Assembly (NCBI GenBank): GCA_013265495.1
Contig: MU062166.1
Span: forward strand, 4,612,782-4,676,781
DNA length: 64,000 nt
Source: Vicugna vicugna
Taxonomy: Eukaryota
Reading direction: 5' to 3'
The position numbers and the translations under genes are program-made. Of the stretch, positions 39,845 through 54,405 are shown piece after piece. Under the pieces are notes generated by a model that was not told where the DNA came from, did no database searches, and was given only the letters and a program-made list of their open reading frames with translations. The stretch's first letter is position 1; every line of letters begins with the position of its first letter.

Positions 39845-40340
39845 AATTTCATGGCCTTCCTTAAAAAGCTAAACAGAATCACCGTGCAATCCAGCAATTC
39901 CATTCGTAGGTATTTATCCAAAGGAATTGAAAGCAAGGACTCAGCTACTAGTCCACCAAGGTTCATAGCTTCATCATCCACAACAGCCAAAAGGCAGAAA
40001 CCACCCAAGTGTTCATCAACAGATGAATGAATAAACAAAATGTGGTATATCCATGTAATGGAATATTATTCAGCCATAAAAAGGAATGAAGTTCTAACTT
40101 ATACTATAACATGGACTAACCTTGAACATACTAAGTGGAATAAGTCAGACACAAAAGGACAAATTTCCTGTGATTTCAAATATATGAGACACCTAGACAG
40201 GCAAATTCAGAGGTGGAAAATAGATTAGAGGTTACCAGGGTCTGGGAAAGGGAAGATTAAGTAATTAATGCTTAATGGATACAGAGTTTCTACTCTGGGT
40301 GATGAAAAAATTTTGGAAATAAGTGGCAAATTTTACATTA
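39845..40340 (+). mobile_element. L1M (L1MB-like) ORF2 end and 3' UTR
   Basis: ccagcaattccattcgtaggtatttatccaaaggaattgaaagc...caagtgttcatcaacagatgaatgaataaacaaaatgtggtatatccat...ggaatattattcagccataaaaaggaatgaa. Confidence 0.88.
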
Positions 40341-43300
40341 TACTTTTACCACACACACACAAATCTCACCAGGTCATGGAAGCTAGAAGAACAGCGTCAC
40401 ACCACCAACTTTGCTCTGGACAATATACCTCACACCAACAGGTATCTACATGTTCTTGGGAAGCCATTTACTCCTTCGGTGTTTTTCATTTATTATAATG
40501 GTGGGCTTTTTTTAAAAAAAAATGAAACATGGAACCACCATTTGAAAAAAGCAGTTTAATAAGAGCATGAACTTTGGAGAAAAAATTGCCCGGGTCCAAA
40601 GGGCAGCTCCACCACCTAGAAGCCACATGACGAGCCCCATCTCTAAAACGAGCAAAAGAACACCGCCCCCTTCCTTGGGCTGTGCGGGGGACAGAGCGCC
40701 ATGATACACGGCAGGCACCCAGAACAGTCAAGACCCAGGTAAGCGGTCAGTACATGTTGGTGAATCCCAAATACACCTGCTCTTCATCACAGAATGCTTG
40801 ATCTGGGATTAAAGCAGAAATGTCTTGACTGAAAAAAATCTCAACAAAGTATGAATATATTAAAAAGTATATTCATAGTGATTTTTCCAAACAAACATCC
40901 TTTGGGGTTAAGCATAACATTTAATAACCTAGAAAATATAAATCTAACCTAGGCATCAAAACAACCAGTTTAGTTGTCACTATAAGAAACTTTTCTGAGT
41001 TGTCTTTTCTCGGACCTGAAATATATTTGGAATCTAACAGTCCATACTCTACAACGTTTCCCTCTGCCGAGGGGCTCCGTGAGAATTCCAACCTCTCGGA
41101 TGCCATGGGCTCTTGTGCCAATTTCAGGGCCATGCTGAGGGAGAGCTTCATCCCGTGATCTCTCTTGGTTCTTATGCAGTTAGTTAAGTGGCATGACAGT
41201 GGTTTTTAGCAAAACTCACCTCCTCTATGCTAAATCATTACCTAGGAAAGAGTTAGGGATTGAGGTAATCTGTTAATTATCTCAGTCATCTTCTTACTCT
41301 TCTACATTTGATTGTAATAACTATTCAGAGCCCTAGTAAATATCCAGCCTGAAAGGCAACCTCTGTTAAAAAGAAAAATACATGCTGTTGTTTAAGATGA
41401 AAAATGACTGATGCTGGGTTATGGTCATGCTACTAAATCACAGGTTTTAGTGCTGGGAAGGATCAGACGATGGAGATTTCCTATCCCACCTTCTCATGTT
41501 AAGGATAAGTGATGTGAAGCCCAGAGCTTAAGCAACTTGCCCACTGTCCAGACTGATGTAAGAGCCCAGGCGTCAGCACAATTAGGGAGATATAGTTTTG
41601 CTTCAAGTCATGCTTTGTCATTATAAATAAATTAATAACATCCAGCCAGCCTTTGCCCACATACCAAGAAAAACAATAATTTGACTCTTAATCACCTAAG
41701 AATGGCTCAGCATGAGTTCTTTGATAAATAAAACTGAATCACAGGACACCAAAGAGCTCTATGGGCCATTTTAATTAAAATGAGCTTTCTGTCCTGATTC
41801 ATAATTCTCTTTGACTTTGTTTTGGTTTTTTGTGTTCCTTCTCCCTTCAGTGGCCACATATACATAAAGCAGCAGACCAGGGCCAAAGTGCCCGACCCAG
41901 AAACAGGCAGAAGGGGCTCGACAGACAGCTGGGCCACCGGAGCACGACCACAGTTTATGGAATTAGATTTATGAAGAAGGAAAAAAAAAAACACAGAAAT
42001 AACACATTTGTTTGTGGAAACTTTCAGGTTCTGCTTTCTGGAAAAATACATCTTGGAAAACTTGACACTTTGCTTCTTCATTAAATAAGCAGGCTAAGGG
42101 CTGGCAGTGCGGGGAGAGGACATTTAGACGTCACTCTGGCCCTTCAGGTGACAATTAGGTCTTGCTTTGGAGGAAAGGGCTACGGAATGGAAACTACAAT
42201 TGTACGAAATGGTTCCCTCACGTCAGGTGATCGGAGGCACGGTTCTTTCACCATGTGTGTAAGTAACAAAGCAAACGTCAGAGGGAAACACCCCCCCGTC
42301 AGGACCTTGCTCCCCGCTCTGCCCTGTTCAGGCCCCGTGAGCCAAGGCGGGCAGCAGGGTGTCAGCCTCTGTGACCTTTAGTGACTTCACGACCTGGGGA
42401 CCTAGGGAGGGTCTAAGACATCATTAACAACGCTTATGCTTTAGGTAACTATGCTTTCCCAAGAGATGAGAGATCTCTCTTTTTCCCTTTCAAGTCCCAG
42501 AAGGCCGTGGGGCTCAATGGAATTTCTGAGTGTCCAGTATTCCCAAAACAAATGCCCGGCACGACAACTGCTGTGAAAACACCTTACTGAATCCAGGCTA
42601 CCTCTGCACTGTCGGGGCGACCACCACTCCGCCCACTAGGCCACTCAGGCCCACTGTCCCAGCCTCTTTCTCCAAAGAGAAAGCCCCACCAGACAAGGGA
42701 TGCACCCTCATCACGGCCAGCCAGCACCCCATGTTCCCAAGAACGTGTGGTACTCCCCTCCCCTTCGCCCTTTTCATTTAAAAGCAAAACAGATTTGAGA
42801 TTTTTGTCCCCACACAAATTTCACTTCTCTTTCACTCCAGAAATGACTCCAACATCAAACAACAGAAATACTCTGGTCATCCGTGCCTCCTTGGGGAGAG
42901 GCTAACGGTATTCTGCTGGAGGTTCCTCGTTTTGCTTTTAGAGCATAGCTGCTCTTCATTTAGCAGAATGTTGTCATCAATAATCAAAACTGAACTGCAC
43001 CTGTTAAAAATCAAGCAGCATTTTCTCATTAGGCACCCTTAGTCTTCCTGCGTGTTTGTAATCACTAATTCAGATTTGCAAAAAAGCTCCTTACCCATAA
43101 TAATGATGCTGGTCCTATTTATTTTGAGACCAGGAGTTTCTGGAGGCTCATCGACCCTTTGTACTTATTTCCAAGGCTGTCTTAAGGAAGGAAATGAGTT
43201 AACCACCAGGATTTTGACCACCATTCTTATACTTAAGTTGTATTTAAATAAATCATTGGAACTGCATCAATTATGTTTTCAGAGAACATGTGGTGGTTAG

Positions 43301-43964
43301 AACAATCCCAGGGGCCCTGATTTGAGGGGTTTAACTCTTCCTTTACAACCAGCATCACCTAATGAAATCTGTCTATTCATTCTTTAAAAAAAAAAAAAAA
43401 AGGCCAGCCTCTGATTTCATTGTACCAGTCAAAGAACTGAACAAAGAGACAAATCATCCTCCACCTACTATTTCCACCAATGAGCAGGAGTCATGGAAGA
43501 CAACTCCAGGACTTCTACTCCACAGCTTCAAAGGCGTCCACCTTCCAGATGTGCTGCCCATCTGTTTCACACACAAACTGCCTACACGTGCTCTCAGAAA
43601 TTTACTCGTAGGCTTTCCCAATTATCCTCTGGGTTTTGGCTTCTAGAAAGTAATTTTTCAATGTTAAGACAGAAGTCAAAAGTCCTTGCGGAAGAAATGA
43701 CTAACGCTCTCAAGATGAGTTACTGGGGATGGTATTTCAGGAAGGGGCTCCAGGACCTATTATGCAGAGAGAAGCATTTGAGCACAGCACCGATGGAGGA
43801 GGGGCTCACGTGCCATCTAAAGTGATGCCAGCATGTTAATCCAGGTGAGAGGTACACCAAGGAAAGTCTTCCTGGGTATCACACTGCTGCCACCAAGAAA
43901 CCCTCCCCTACTTGGCTCTTAAGGACCTAGGGCCTGAGTTAATGAATACTCTGTTGTACCCACT

Positions 43965-44532
43965 GTGCAGGTTTCTCTGATGCTTCCAGTAATCCCCATG
44001 TCTCCTGATACACATGTCCTCAGATAATCACTGTCCTTGGTGACTTGCTTAACAGTTGAACCCATCAAAAGTAGTGGGATGGCACTTCCATGATTAGGTT
44101 ACAAAGGCTGTGACTTGTCTTCTTCAGCCCCTCTCTCTGGCCTGTGTTGTCTGCTCCCCCTCAGGAAGCCAGCTGCCATGCTGTGAGCCACCCTACGGAG
44201 AGGCCTACATGGCAAGGAACTAAGTGTGGCCTCCAGCCAACAGCCAGCGAGGAACTGAGGCCCCTAGTCCAACAACCTGCAAGGAAGTTAAACCTGAAAA
44301 CAACCACAGTGAGTGAGTCTGGAAGCAGATCCTTCCCTGTTGACCCTTCAGAGGAGACCCCAGCCTTAAACAAAGCCTTAATTACAGTCCTGTGAGAGGC
44401 CTTGAGACAGAAGTCCAGCTAAGGGGCACCTGGATTCCTCACCCATGGAACACATGTGAGAGAGTCAATGTTGTTGTTTAAAGTTATTAGGTCTTGGAGT
44501 AATTTGTTACACAGCAATAGGTAACTAATACA
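43965..44532 (+). mobile_element. MLT1 (MaLR) solo LTR
   Basis: gccagctgccatgctgtgag...gaggaactgaggcc...gttgttgtttaaag...taatttgttacacagcaataggtaactaataca. 5' boundary approximate. Confidence 0.8.
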
Positions 44533-44859
44533 TCTGTTCATGTTTCAAATGCACCAAAGAGTTTCTCACTAAGTTTCCTTAATTCTTCCTCATATACTAA
44601 ATTCAAGTTCTCCCTTTCCACACTAAATGATTTGGAGATTTCACATAACTCTTTCTGAGACAACTCTCCTTCAAACTCAGCCCAGAATCCTTTTCTGATG
44701 TTCTTCATCTTAGTCCCCCAAGGAGCCAACACCACCGCTCTCTGCACACTCCTTGGGACCACACATTCTTCTAACTTCACCCATATCGGTGTCCTGAATG
44801 CCAGTTTTTTTGCCTGCCTTTCTGTCAGACAAGGAGCCCCAATGAGCTAGTGCAGTGCT

Positions 44860-44924
44860 CTGCCCAGAGCCTAGGATGGTCCCTGCCTGGAGGACACTCA
44901 ATTGTCATTTGCTGAATGGATGAA
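44860..44924 (+). mobile_element. L2 LINE 3' end
   Basis: cccagagcctaggatggtccctgcctggaggacactcaattgtcatttgctgaatggatgaa resembles the L2 tail. Confidence 0.5.
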
Positions 44925-45467
44925 AAAGGCGTAAACAGGCAGCTTCAGGGAGATGGTTGTCAATTTCAGCCTCCCCAGAGTGATGAGACTGTATTTCACC
45001 ACATTCTGTAACAATCTCTTCAGAATCCTTGAGGATGGAGGACAAGGAGATTGCCTCTGTCAACTTGGAAGCATTCTCTCTTAATAAGTAATATTTCACA
45101 CTCCAGTCTCTCATCCAAGTCCATCCACTATTCATACAATCCTCCTTGAATAGGGCAACTGTACTTACGCTTCTCAAATTCTGCTCCAGCTTTAGTTTTA
45201 CAGACCATAAAACATATAGAAAGCAGACTCTCAACTTTCGACCTTTCTGTTATTAAACTCTCTTCATACAAAGAACAATGTAAATGGGGACTGTACTTTA
45301 CAATTACATGCAAGTCCAGGAACTTTCTAGAAATATCAAATATTGAGGCAATCAATTATGATAATTACTGACCTTTTAAAAAAATTCCTTCTAGTTTCTG
45401 CTAACATTTGACTACTTGAAAAATGAAGAAATAAAAATTTAAGAAATAGATTATTTTGAAAGCTTCA

Positions 45468-45686
<219 letters not shown>

Positions 45687-46594
45687 TCATACCCAGTATA
45701 AACTCCTAACAGGTAAGATCACTTTATTTTGTAAGTGAATGACCCAATGTTTTCAAAACCTTTGGGTAATGTTTACATTAGGGAAACATTTTCTGAAGTC
45801 TGATCCAGCTGGCCTCGCAGAAGGTCCCTGGAGATGGGCTGCTGGATAGTTCATGTCTATTAACAGGGAAAAAAGTGTTGGAGGTAACTTCTCGTCCTTG
45901 TTCTCAGTGCCAGAATATAAATTCAAGAATCATGGTTTAAAATGCTACTTTAGACACACAGTGACAACAAATACAATAATGACAGCAGAGTCCATCAAAA
46001 ATATATCATTTTAGATCACTACACCTATGGAATGATTACATTTACACCGAAACAAGTCGTGCTAAAAAGTCAACTTACCCATTGGCACTTTAAAGGGTAA
46101 TCAATAGTATAACTTATCATCCCAATAGGATAAAATAATTCACGGAGGCATCATTAATTTCGCAGTACTTTATATGACAGGCCAACAAACCATATTACTA
46201 AACATATTTCAATTTTTTTTAATGAAAAAAAAATTTTTTTTTCCCTCTCTCCAATGGTGGTTGTGAACGTGGTAATTCTACCACCACGTCTAGGGGTATA
46301 ACTTAATAGGCGTCTCCCAATTAACACTAAAGTTGTACCCTCTAAATAGCCCTCAAAGACAGGGGTAGTAATGATTTTTTAAACCCAAAGAAGGAGAATA
46401 ACTTTTTAAGTTACCAAAGGAAAGACATTCTTTCTAAATGAAAGTCATAACATCAATCGGAAATATAGCCACGAATTCTGCAGGCCTGCTAACAACGGCG
46501 CATGACCACTATTGACTGAGTCCTTCTTATTGGCAGATGTGGCCGCAAAAGCTCTCACACGTTTAACACATTAAAACTGACAATAATCCGAGGA

Positions 46595-46740
46595 GAAAGG
46601 CACTGTTATGATCCCTGTTTACAATGGGGAAACTGAGTCACGGAGAAGTTACATAATCTACCCCAAACCACAAAGCTAGGAAGAGGCACCACCAGGATTT
46701 GAGTCAAGGCAGTTGGCTGGATTCGAGAGCCCACTGTCTC
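46595..46740 (-). mobile_element. MIR SINE fragment
   Basis: ccctgtttacaatggggaaactgagtcacggagaagtt...ccaggatttgagtcaaggcag. Confidence 0.65.
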
Positions 46741-49722
46741 CCCTGCTTTCCACGGCTAGTAAAAACCGGCTTCTCCATATCTTTAACCTCTCTGCATGGA
46801 GGCCTGGAGTCCAGGACAGACAGCCTTGACTGAAGGCACATTGCCTCCTGCATTACTGCCCAGGACTTCCAATGAAATCCTGTACAGCGATGTAACTCTT
46901 CACATGTATGTTTCTGTCTGAGCCACCAAGTAACCAAAATCCCAGTGTTCCCCCCTAAAGCATCCATCAACAGGGCCGTAAACATTCTAAAATATTGTGG
47001 AACCTTCTAGAACACTGAAATTCTAAAAGACTGACCCACTACTGCGTACTTCTAATGCAGGCTAGACTGAGGAATGGCACACACACTCCATGAACCAGAG
47101 GCAAAACGGGCGTACGAAAGGGCTTTTGTCTCCGATGCAGATTTAGAAGTCTCCTGCTCAGTTCTGCGGATGGTGCAGCTCGTTCCTGGGGAAGCGACGC
47201 CCTTCACTTAACAGCCAGGCTGTTAATGGTAGAATTAGGAAGTGGAAAGACTGCTTCCAAAACACCCTACCCCTCTTTGCCTCACCCTTGCTCTTGAAAC
47301 CTGCTGTAAAATGCAGAGCTGGGATTTCTTAACAAGGACTGTTGTGTTTTCTTTACCCTTCTGCTGACCTAAGTGTCAAGGTAGTGGGGTATAGGTGGTG
47401 TCGACATGATGCCAAGACAGAGCAAAGTGAGGCCAAAATTGTCAGTCACGTGCACCAGACAGAGAAAGACCAGAGGGAACGTGGAAGGGGGGACAAGGGA
47501 GAAGGAACAGGGCTGCATTCTTTTGTCTGAATCCAGCTGCATCTGTAATGAGTAAGCAACTTGGTACCCACTTGACTTGGGGTGTCAAACGCCCGTAACA
47601 CACCTATTCGAGGGTTCCCCAGGGAGTACCCGACTCCTATTTATCGCAAGTCTCCCAGGGTCTGGCATATGCTGAAACAATTTCAATCACCTTTCATTTT
47701 AAAAGCTTCTACTTAGAGCAATCCATCCACAGCCACGAAAAAAGAAAGCATTAAGAGCCCAAAATAAGTAATGAGCTTTGTCGCTACACAAAGACTTTTA
47801 CAAATCGGACCTAAATGAAAAGCATACCTCATGCTGTCAGGTGTCTGCACTCATGTCATCTGTTTGAGTAAACACAATAGCCTATTCATGTGAATTAGCT
47901 AAATATTAATGTAGTAACTCTTTCAGATAGCATCAATTACAGCTGCAATGATCCTGTGGAATGTCTTTTCTTTTTTACATAAAAGAAATCAATAGATAAG
48001 TGCGCACGTACCATTAGGCATGCTTTTTACATTCCCGAGGCTGAAAAGTAGGACTGAGCTTTAGGAACTAGAAATGTGGCTCTGTTCCCCTCTCGCTGGG
48101 CTAAGCTGCTGGGTGAGGCTGCAACCCGCAGGGGATCACCCCAGACCACATGAGCCCGGATGGTCCTGGCCTGTGGCGACAGCACCCTGGCAACCAGCAC
48201 CTTTTTCTTGGCGCCTAAGGAATGATTTAAGGACAAGGGTGAAAGAATTCTGCTGGAATTTCTGGCAGGTAGCCACTTCCCCAGGGTGAAATTTCAATCA
48301 CCCAAACTGCACCTATAAAACCTGCTTGTGCAAAACAGACACACGGCCATGTTCCTCATATAAAGTCTCAGAGATGGCAGGTGGGCGGGGCGCCACAAAA
48401 TCTAATCCACGATGCAGGAGCCAATCACTAACATGACTGTCGCTCGAAACCCAAATTCACAACATTCGCCTTCCCTGAATAATGATAAATCTCGACTCAA
48501 CAGAAAGGGCTGTCAAGCCAAGTTTTCGAGGTTCCACGTGTGGCAGTGGTGGGTCACCCCCAACCCTTTATCCCACCTCACTCGGGGTGAGTGCTAAACG
48601 TCACACAGGCACAATGTGCTTTTGTGATGAAGACTTCCTCTACGATGCCAAGCACACGAATCTTTTTAAGAGCATGGTGCTAGAGGGGGAGGTTATTTTA
48701 TTATTTTACAGTGGCTCTTCCTGAAATAAGCTAGTTTTATGCAAAACTTGAAGAACCTGGAAGAGCTACAAAAATAATCGCACTGTAGGCACAGCCCTGC
48801 TGTGTCGCCGCCATCAATGGCCCCATGTCCTCTGCAATCTCCTCCTGTCTTCAGTATTTCCGGCTCTGCTTGCAGTCTGGACACATGGGAAGGCCAGGTC
48901 CCTCCTAAGAAGGACAATGTAGCTGGAGAGAAACAGGGAGAAGGCTCCTGAAAAGTTTCTCTGCCTAAGGAGTCATCTTTCATCCCAAGGCTGTGAACCA
49001 CATTAACAATCTTCATTTGGAGAAGAAACTCACCGAACAAATTAATGATCTACAAAGAGATGACCCTAACACACAGTAGGTGCTCAACAGGGATGGCCAA
49101 GGTCACACCACACTGCTTGAAAGACATGTATGACATCCACTTGGTCTTCCATAATGTTAGGGACATAATTAATAGAGAAGGAACTGTGGTATAAATCCCT
49201 GATGGCATTAAAAAAAATGAATTATACTTAGGAGTAAATAATTTGACCTGGAGGATCGGTATGGCCCCTTCTGCTCTGACATCCTCAGATCTCCTGATGC
49301 AGCAGAGGTAGCAAAAGAAAGATGTATTTGCTCATAAAATACTAATAATGAGCAAGTGAAAGGAACAGTAAGACCCAGCCAAAATAAACCAGTAAAATCC
49401 CATCACCAAGGTTTGGCGTACCTACTCATTATCATGTTCTACACTGAAACAGGTACTGTACACTAGGAATAATGCTAAGTAAGTACAATTTTAATTTAAT
49501 ACAGAAGTCTCAAGATGCGGCTGGCTGAGCAGATTAAGGAGAAGATTCATTATTCCTTCTCTGGGCCACCTCTTGGTTATTTATGCACGATTCCATCAGC
49601 AGGGTGTTTCCATAATGAAAAGCACTCTCCTCAAGGTCTGCTGACCATCCACAAGAGTGGATCACCTGGATGGCGCAGCCTGAGTCATCTTCAAACCACG
49701 GAGCAGGAACTCTAGTGTGACA

Positions 49723-49752
49723 GATGGATGGATAGATGGATGGATGGATGGA
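49723..49752 (+). repeat. Imperfect (GATG)n tetranucleotide repeat
   Basis: gatggatggatagatggatggatggatgg. Confidence 0.85.
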
Positions 49753-50084
49753 AGGGTGAACCAGAAGGACAACTATTAAAAGCCTGAGCTATAAAACGAG
49801 GGAGTTGAACTGAATGTGCTGATAAGGCCCCTCCCAGTTCTAACATTCTTTCCAAGTACCTATATTCCACACAGATATTGATTCTGTCAATAAATGGCCA
49901 GATAAGAGGTTTTATTTTGACCCTGGAATTTAAACTTCAGGGGAAAACTTGAGCTGTTGAGCCCACTGCCACAAAGACTCTTACTCATCCCAACACTGAC
50001 ATCGAAGGTTTATGGTCTTTTTTCCTTCTCTCTCTCTCTAACCAAAAAGAGAGACTACAGCCCGGCAGTTTAAAGGAAAAACAC

Positions 50085-50255
50085 AGAATCATATTACCAC
50101 TGTACCAAAAGGGACCTCAGTGACCATCTGGCCCAACGGCTGGTGTGATCAATGTCATGCAGAAAGGTTAAGTGATGTGATCAAGGTCACACGGCCAGAG
50201 GCTGGGCTGAGGCTAGACCCAAGTCCCCAGCTCCCTGAGCAGTGCTCTTTCAACC
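50085..50255 (-). mobile_element. MIR SINE fragment
   Basis: aagggacctcagtgaccatctggcccaac...ggttaagtgatgtgatcaaggtcacacggccag...gctagacccaagtcccc. Confidence 0.6.
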
Positions 50256-50643
50256 ACTCCAGACTGCCCTTTGAACTCTCCCATGGTAATTAAGTCAAAA
50301 GTTCAAGATTTATGTGCGCTGTGGCCACTGATGACTGCCAACTATATTTTTATTGATGCAAAAATAAAAAAAAAATAAAAACACAGCCTGTTTCAGCTCC
50401 TAGATTAAGTCTCACAAACTCCCCAAAGCTCCACTAAGGCCTCTGTCTTAAGTCTATAATTAGGGCCTTTAAAAATATCACTAATCAGGACATTTCAATG
50501 CTTTGACCCCTGATGAGGGAGGAGATGTCTCTGAGCGCTCCATCCCATCCCTGCCGCAGACTGCAGTTCATCTGTTTTCAGTTTTGCATACAGAAAGAGA
50601 AAGCAAATCCAACAAAAGATGGAGATGTGAGTGGAGGTGTGAC

Positions 50644-50793
50644 GGGGGGGGGGGGNNNNNNNNNNNNNNNNNNNNNNNNNNNNNNNNNNNNNNNNNNNNN
50701 NNNNNNNNNNNNNNNNNNNNNNNNNNNNNNNNNNNNNNNNNNNNNNNNNNNNNNNNNNNNNNNNNNNNNNNNNNNNNNNNNNNNNNNNNNNNN

Positions 50794-50824
<31 letters not shown>
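50644..50824 (+). repeat. Poly-G tract (G12, 138 N, G31)
   Basis: Directly visible on both sides of the N-run at 50656-50793. Confidence 0.8.
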
Positions 50825-50826
<2 letters not shown>

Positions 50827-53800
50827 TGGGGATTTCTTTATCTGAGACATCTCATTAAAGCAACAACATGCTGAACAGCAGGTCATTTGATAAGAAAGAC
50901 ATTAAAACAAACCAGACAAGTGACCCACTTGTGAAGTGCCTGAGTCCCCTGGGAGACCAGCTGCCCGTGGGAGTTCCCACGATCTGCCTTCAAAAGAGAA
51001 CCTTCCAGTCGCTGGTGATGCTGTTTGACCAGAGGGGAAGCTGTGAAAGAAAGGATTGTCAATCCGGCCGAATGGATGGAACACCATCACCGGTGTTTGT
51101 GATAAACAACCTAGCCAACGTATGATGAGGTTTTCATTCCAAAGACATTTCAAAAAACCGTAGGAAGCTGGTGCATTTTTTAAAACTTTGTTTTCTTCAA
51201 TTCCTGGCAACTGCAACACAGTGAAAAAAAACAGCATTTGCCAACTTAGACACAATCTCTACCAAGTAAAATCCCAATTATAGCAAAGGTGATTGTGAAT
51301 TATTACTATCAGCAGGACCATCAGTGAAAGTTCAGAATCTCAGGCCAAGTACCTTCATTTTCCCTCGTTACTTCCAAAAAAAAAAAGACAGAAAAAAAAA
51401 ATTGCCTTCTCCCTGACGCAGAGTACAGGCAGCTGCAGGTCTCAACAGAAATAAAACCAAAATAGAAAATTACCTTCTCTCTCTCTTCACTCAACAGAAC
51501 CACTCCAACAGCCAGAATCCTGGTACAGCTGTCTCACCATCAATTCCTTCCAGTTAAGCACCCAACCTGAACTTCTTTCAATCACGATCTTCCCAAGAAC
51601 TAAGTCTCAAGTTCTTCAGAAACAGTAATACTTAAACACAAGCTAGAGGTCATTAAAAAGTATCTTAAAAAAAATGGACAGACAGGTCTACGTATTTGCT
51701 GCCAGATAACCCATTAAGATACCTAGTACCTGGGGAAGGCAAGGACTAGTTAAGTTATGCTTTCCTATGCTAAAGTATGACGCTTGAACCTTTCAAAACC
51801 CTCAACCTGGACGCATTCAAAAATTAGCATTTGAAATCGCAACTTTCTGTCCGGAGAAAATCTCTTTCACCAAAGGGCATATGTAGCAGCATTATTTCCT
51901 GGCAGCCAGTCTTGTAATGACATCACAGGATTGTTCTGCTCAGGGAAACGTCTAGCACTGGTAAGGTGTGAGGTCATCAGCTAGTCAGCTGCTAAAATAT
52001 GACCGGAGAATGCCCTCCACATCTGTGATGGAAGAATTTGACTCAAAAGTGGTGGGGGTAGGGGTGGGAGGTGGGGTAGCCAGATCAATCAAATCAGTCC
52101 ATTGCAGGGATTTTCAAAGCACATGCAACAGGATGCTAATAGATGCTACATTTTAAATAGGGTCTTATGGTCAATAAGTTTGGAAAACCCTGGGAAAGGA
52201 CAAAAAGAAACAGATGTTTTACTACAGAACTTCTCAGAACTTGTATTATGCTGATGGACACTGGAAGTCCCCAAGAAAGGTCACAGTATGAGGTATTTTC
52301 CAAATTCATCTCAAAACACAACTTATTTTTGGCAGAGAAGTATTCTGTACTAGGGTTCCAAGGGATACTCTTTGAGAAACACTGGCTTATTCTCTTCGTG
52401 TGCAGATCAAATCTGAACACTGCTCTGTTTTCAAGGAGCTCCACAGAAGATACGTGTGAGGACGGTGATTCCACAAAATATTCATTCAAGATCCAGAAGC
52501 AACCTACCGGCAAGGCAGGTCTGAGATACTACGCAATACTGCTCGTGAGACAGTGGAACACTCCCAGCCACTCAATCAGCTTGTGCAAACAAGGAAATCC
52601 TCTCCAGAGGAGCCCACTTTTGAGCTGGGTCTCCCAGGAAAGAGTTAAGATCAACCTAAACGTTGCAGGACATTCATAAAGAAATCAAATCAGACTTGGA
52701 CTTGGATGTTAATGGATACCAGTTTCACGGCCAAAATTCAACCATCCTGCCTTAATTTTTGACTTTTTTATTTTTGCCATTATATTTGGCTACCTTAGTT
52801 TTTATTCTCTACAGAATCTAAGAAGAACTCTACCAGGAAGATAAGCTTGCCTTCTTCGAGTTAACCACCAAAATTAGATAAACAGTAACACCAGCAGTGG
52901 GAATACCCTGGAATAGAGTTTTCAAGTCAGAAGATGTGGAACTAACATCAACCAATCCCAAAAGAGAAGAACCCTTCTCGGAGAAGCTCAGAAATATCAC
53001 TGTCAGCACAGGGTCACTGGAGCATCATCTGTTAACTTCGCTGACAGGGAACTTTCAAACACACCCCAGTGGCATTTCCAGACAATCAGAAAACACTGAA
53101 GGAATCAATCTGGACACACGAGTGGTTTCCAGGTGGCTGGAAATGCAAAGAATTCGGTGCTTCTACAATTTTCCCTATTAATCAGGTCAGGCATTTGACA
53201 CTTGAGGTGGCAAAAAATTGTTTTAATGGCAACATCCCGTTCACCGCCTTGCCAANNNNNNNNNNNNNNNNNNNNNNNNNNNNNNNNNNNNNNNNNNNNN
53301 NNNNNNNNNNNNNNNNNNNNNNNNNNNNNNNNNNNNNNNNNNNNNNNNNNNNNNNNNNNNNNNNNNNNNNNNNNNNNNNNNNNNNNNNNNNNNNNNNNNN
53401 NNNATCGCGTCTAATGTTTCACAGGCACCAAACAGAGGCAGTTCCCGACAGCAGTATCTCCCTGGTACAGCTAACACCAGCCCTTAATCACTGCAGAGCA
53501 TCCATTTAGGGGCAGAGTTGGTGTCATTCGAGAGCTAATTACAAAGAATCCTGGTTGCAAGGTGAAGGCGTGGCAATTCACTCAACATGGGCCAGCATTT
53601 GTTAAGTGGAGCTCAGGACTACCTGGCCTTCACCTGAGCACTGGGCAGTCAGGACAAGTGTTCAGGATGAAAACCTGGAGGTCCACGGCAGGTGTTCCTG
53701 CTGAGTCATCACAGACACATTCACTCAGCCTACTTGTTACATAACCTATACCTCACTGTTACGTTTTATTATTTCCTACGTACTCCGTGGTAACACGCTA

Positions 53801-54168
53801 TTAGGCAGGGTGCCGATCACCAGGACAACGAGGTTCCAAGGCATGCCAACGGAGCTGAGCTGAATCTGATGTCACAGTCAATAACAATGGCTCCCACACA
53901 TGGCTACCACTTTAGAGCTGTAAGCAACGGCAAGCCTCCTCCCTCCACCCACATCATCACCCTGGGTATTGGCAAAGGGGCCTGTGATTAGACATGCAAC
54001 AGGCCTACGACTCAATCGCGGCTCTCTGCTTTTTGCACCCTGAATCACAAATTTCCAATCAATAAAACACAAACAACGCCTCTTTCCTCCTCATCTAGTG
54101 GTTGGGAGCATGGACTGAACCGGCAGCCAGAACAGAGCCGGCCCAGAGCAGACCTCTTCATCACTGCC

Positions 54169-54216
54169 AGAGCCAAAGAACTAATAAGAAGTAGAGCCAA
54201 AGAACTAATAAGAAGT
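54169..54216 (+). repeat. Perfect 24-nt tandem duplication (agagccaaagaactaataagaagt x2)
   Basis: Directly visible. Confidence 0.95.
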
Positions 54217-54405
54217 GAGTGATATCTTTTAATGTACCAGGGTTTTATTACTAAATACCAAAAATAATAACAACCACCTCACTAGAAGGCCGGTGCAAAT
54301 CACAATGGAAGACACTCTCTCACCTTATTACCCACTGTTTTACGGATAAGATCTCTAACAGTAAACTTGTGTTAGAGGCAGATCTGCCCGCGTGAATCCC
54401 TAAGC

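Noticed and set aside
44538-45355. Minus-strand ORFs with vaguely transposase-like wording
   Set aside because: There is no DDE or HTH motif in register, and part of the interval is better explained as an L2 3' end on the plus strand next to an MLT1 LTR.
46255-46290. Small inverted repeat acgtggt...accacgt
   Set aside because: A 7-bp stem is expected by chance in 64 kb, and nothing else supports an RNA gene.
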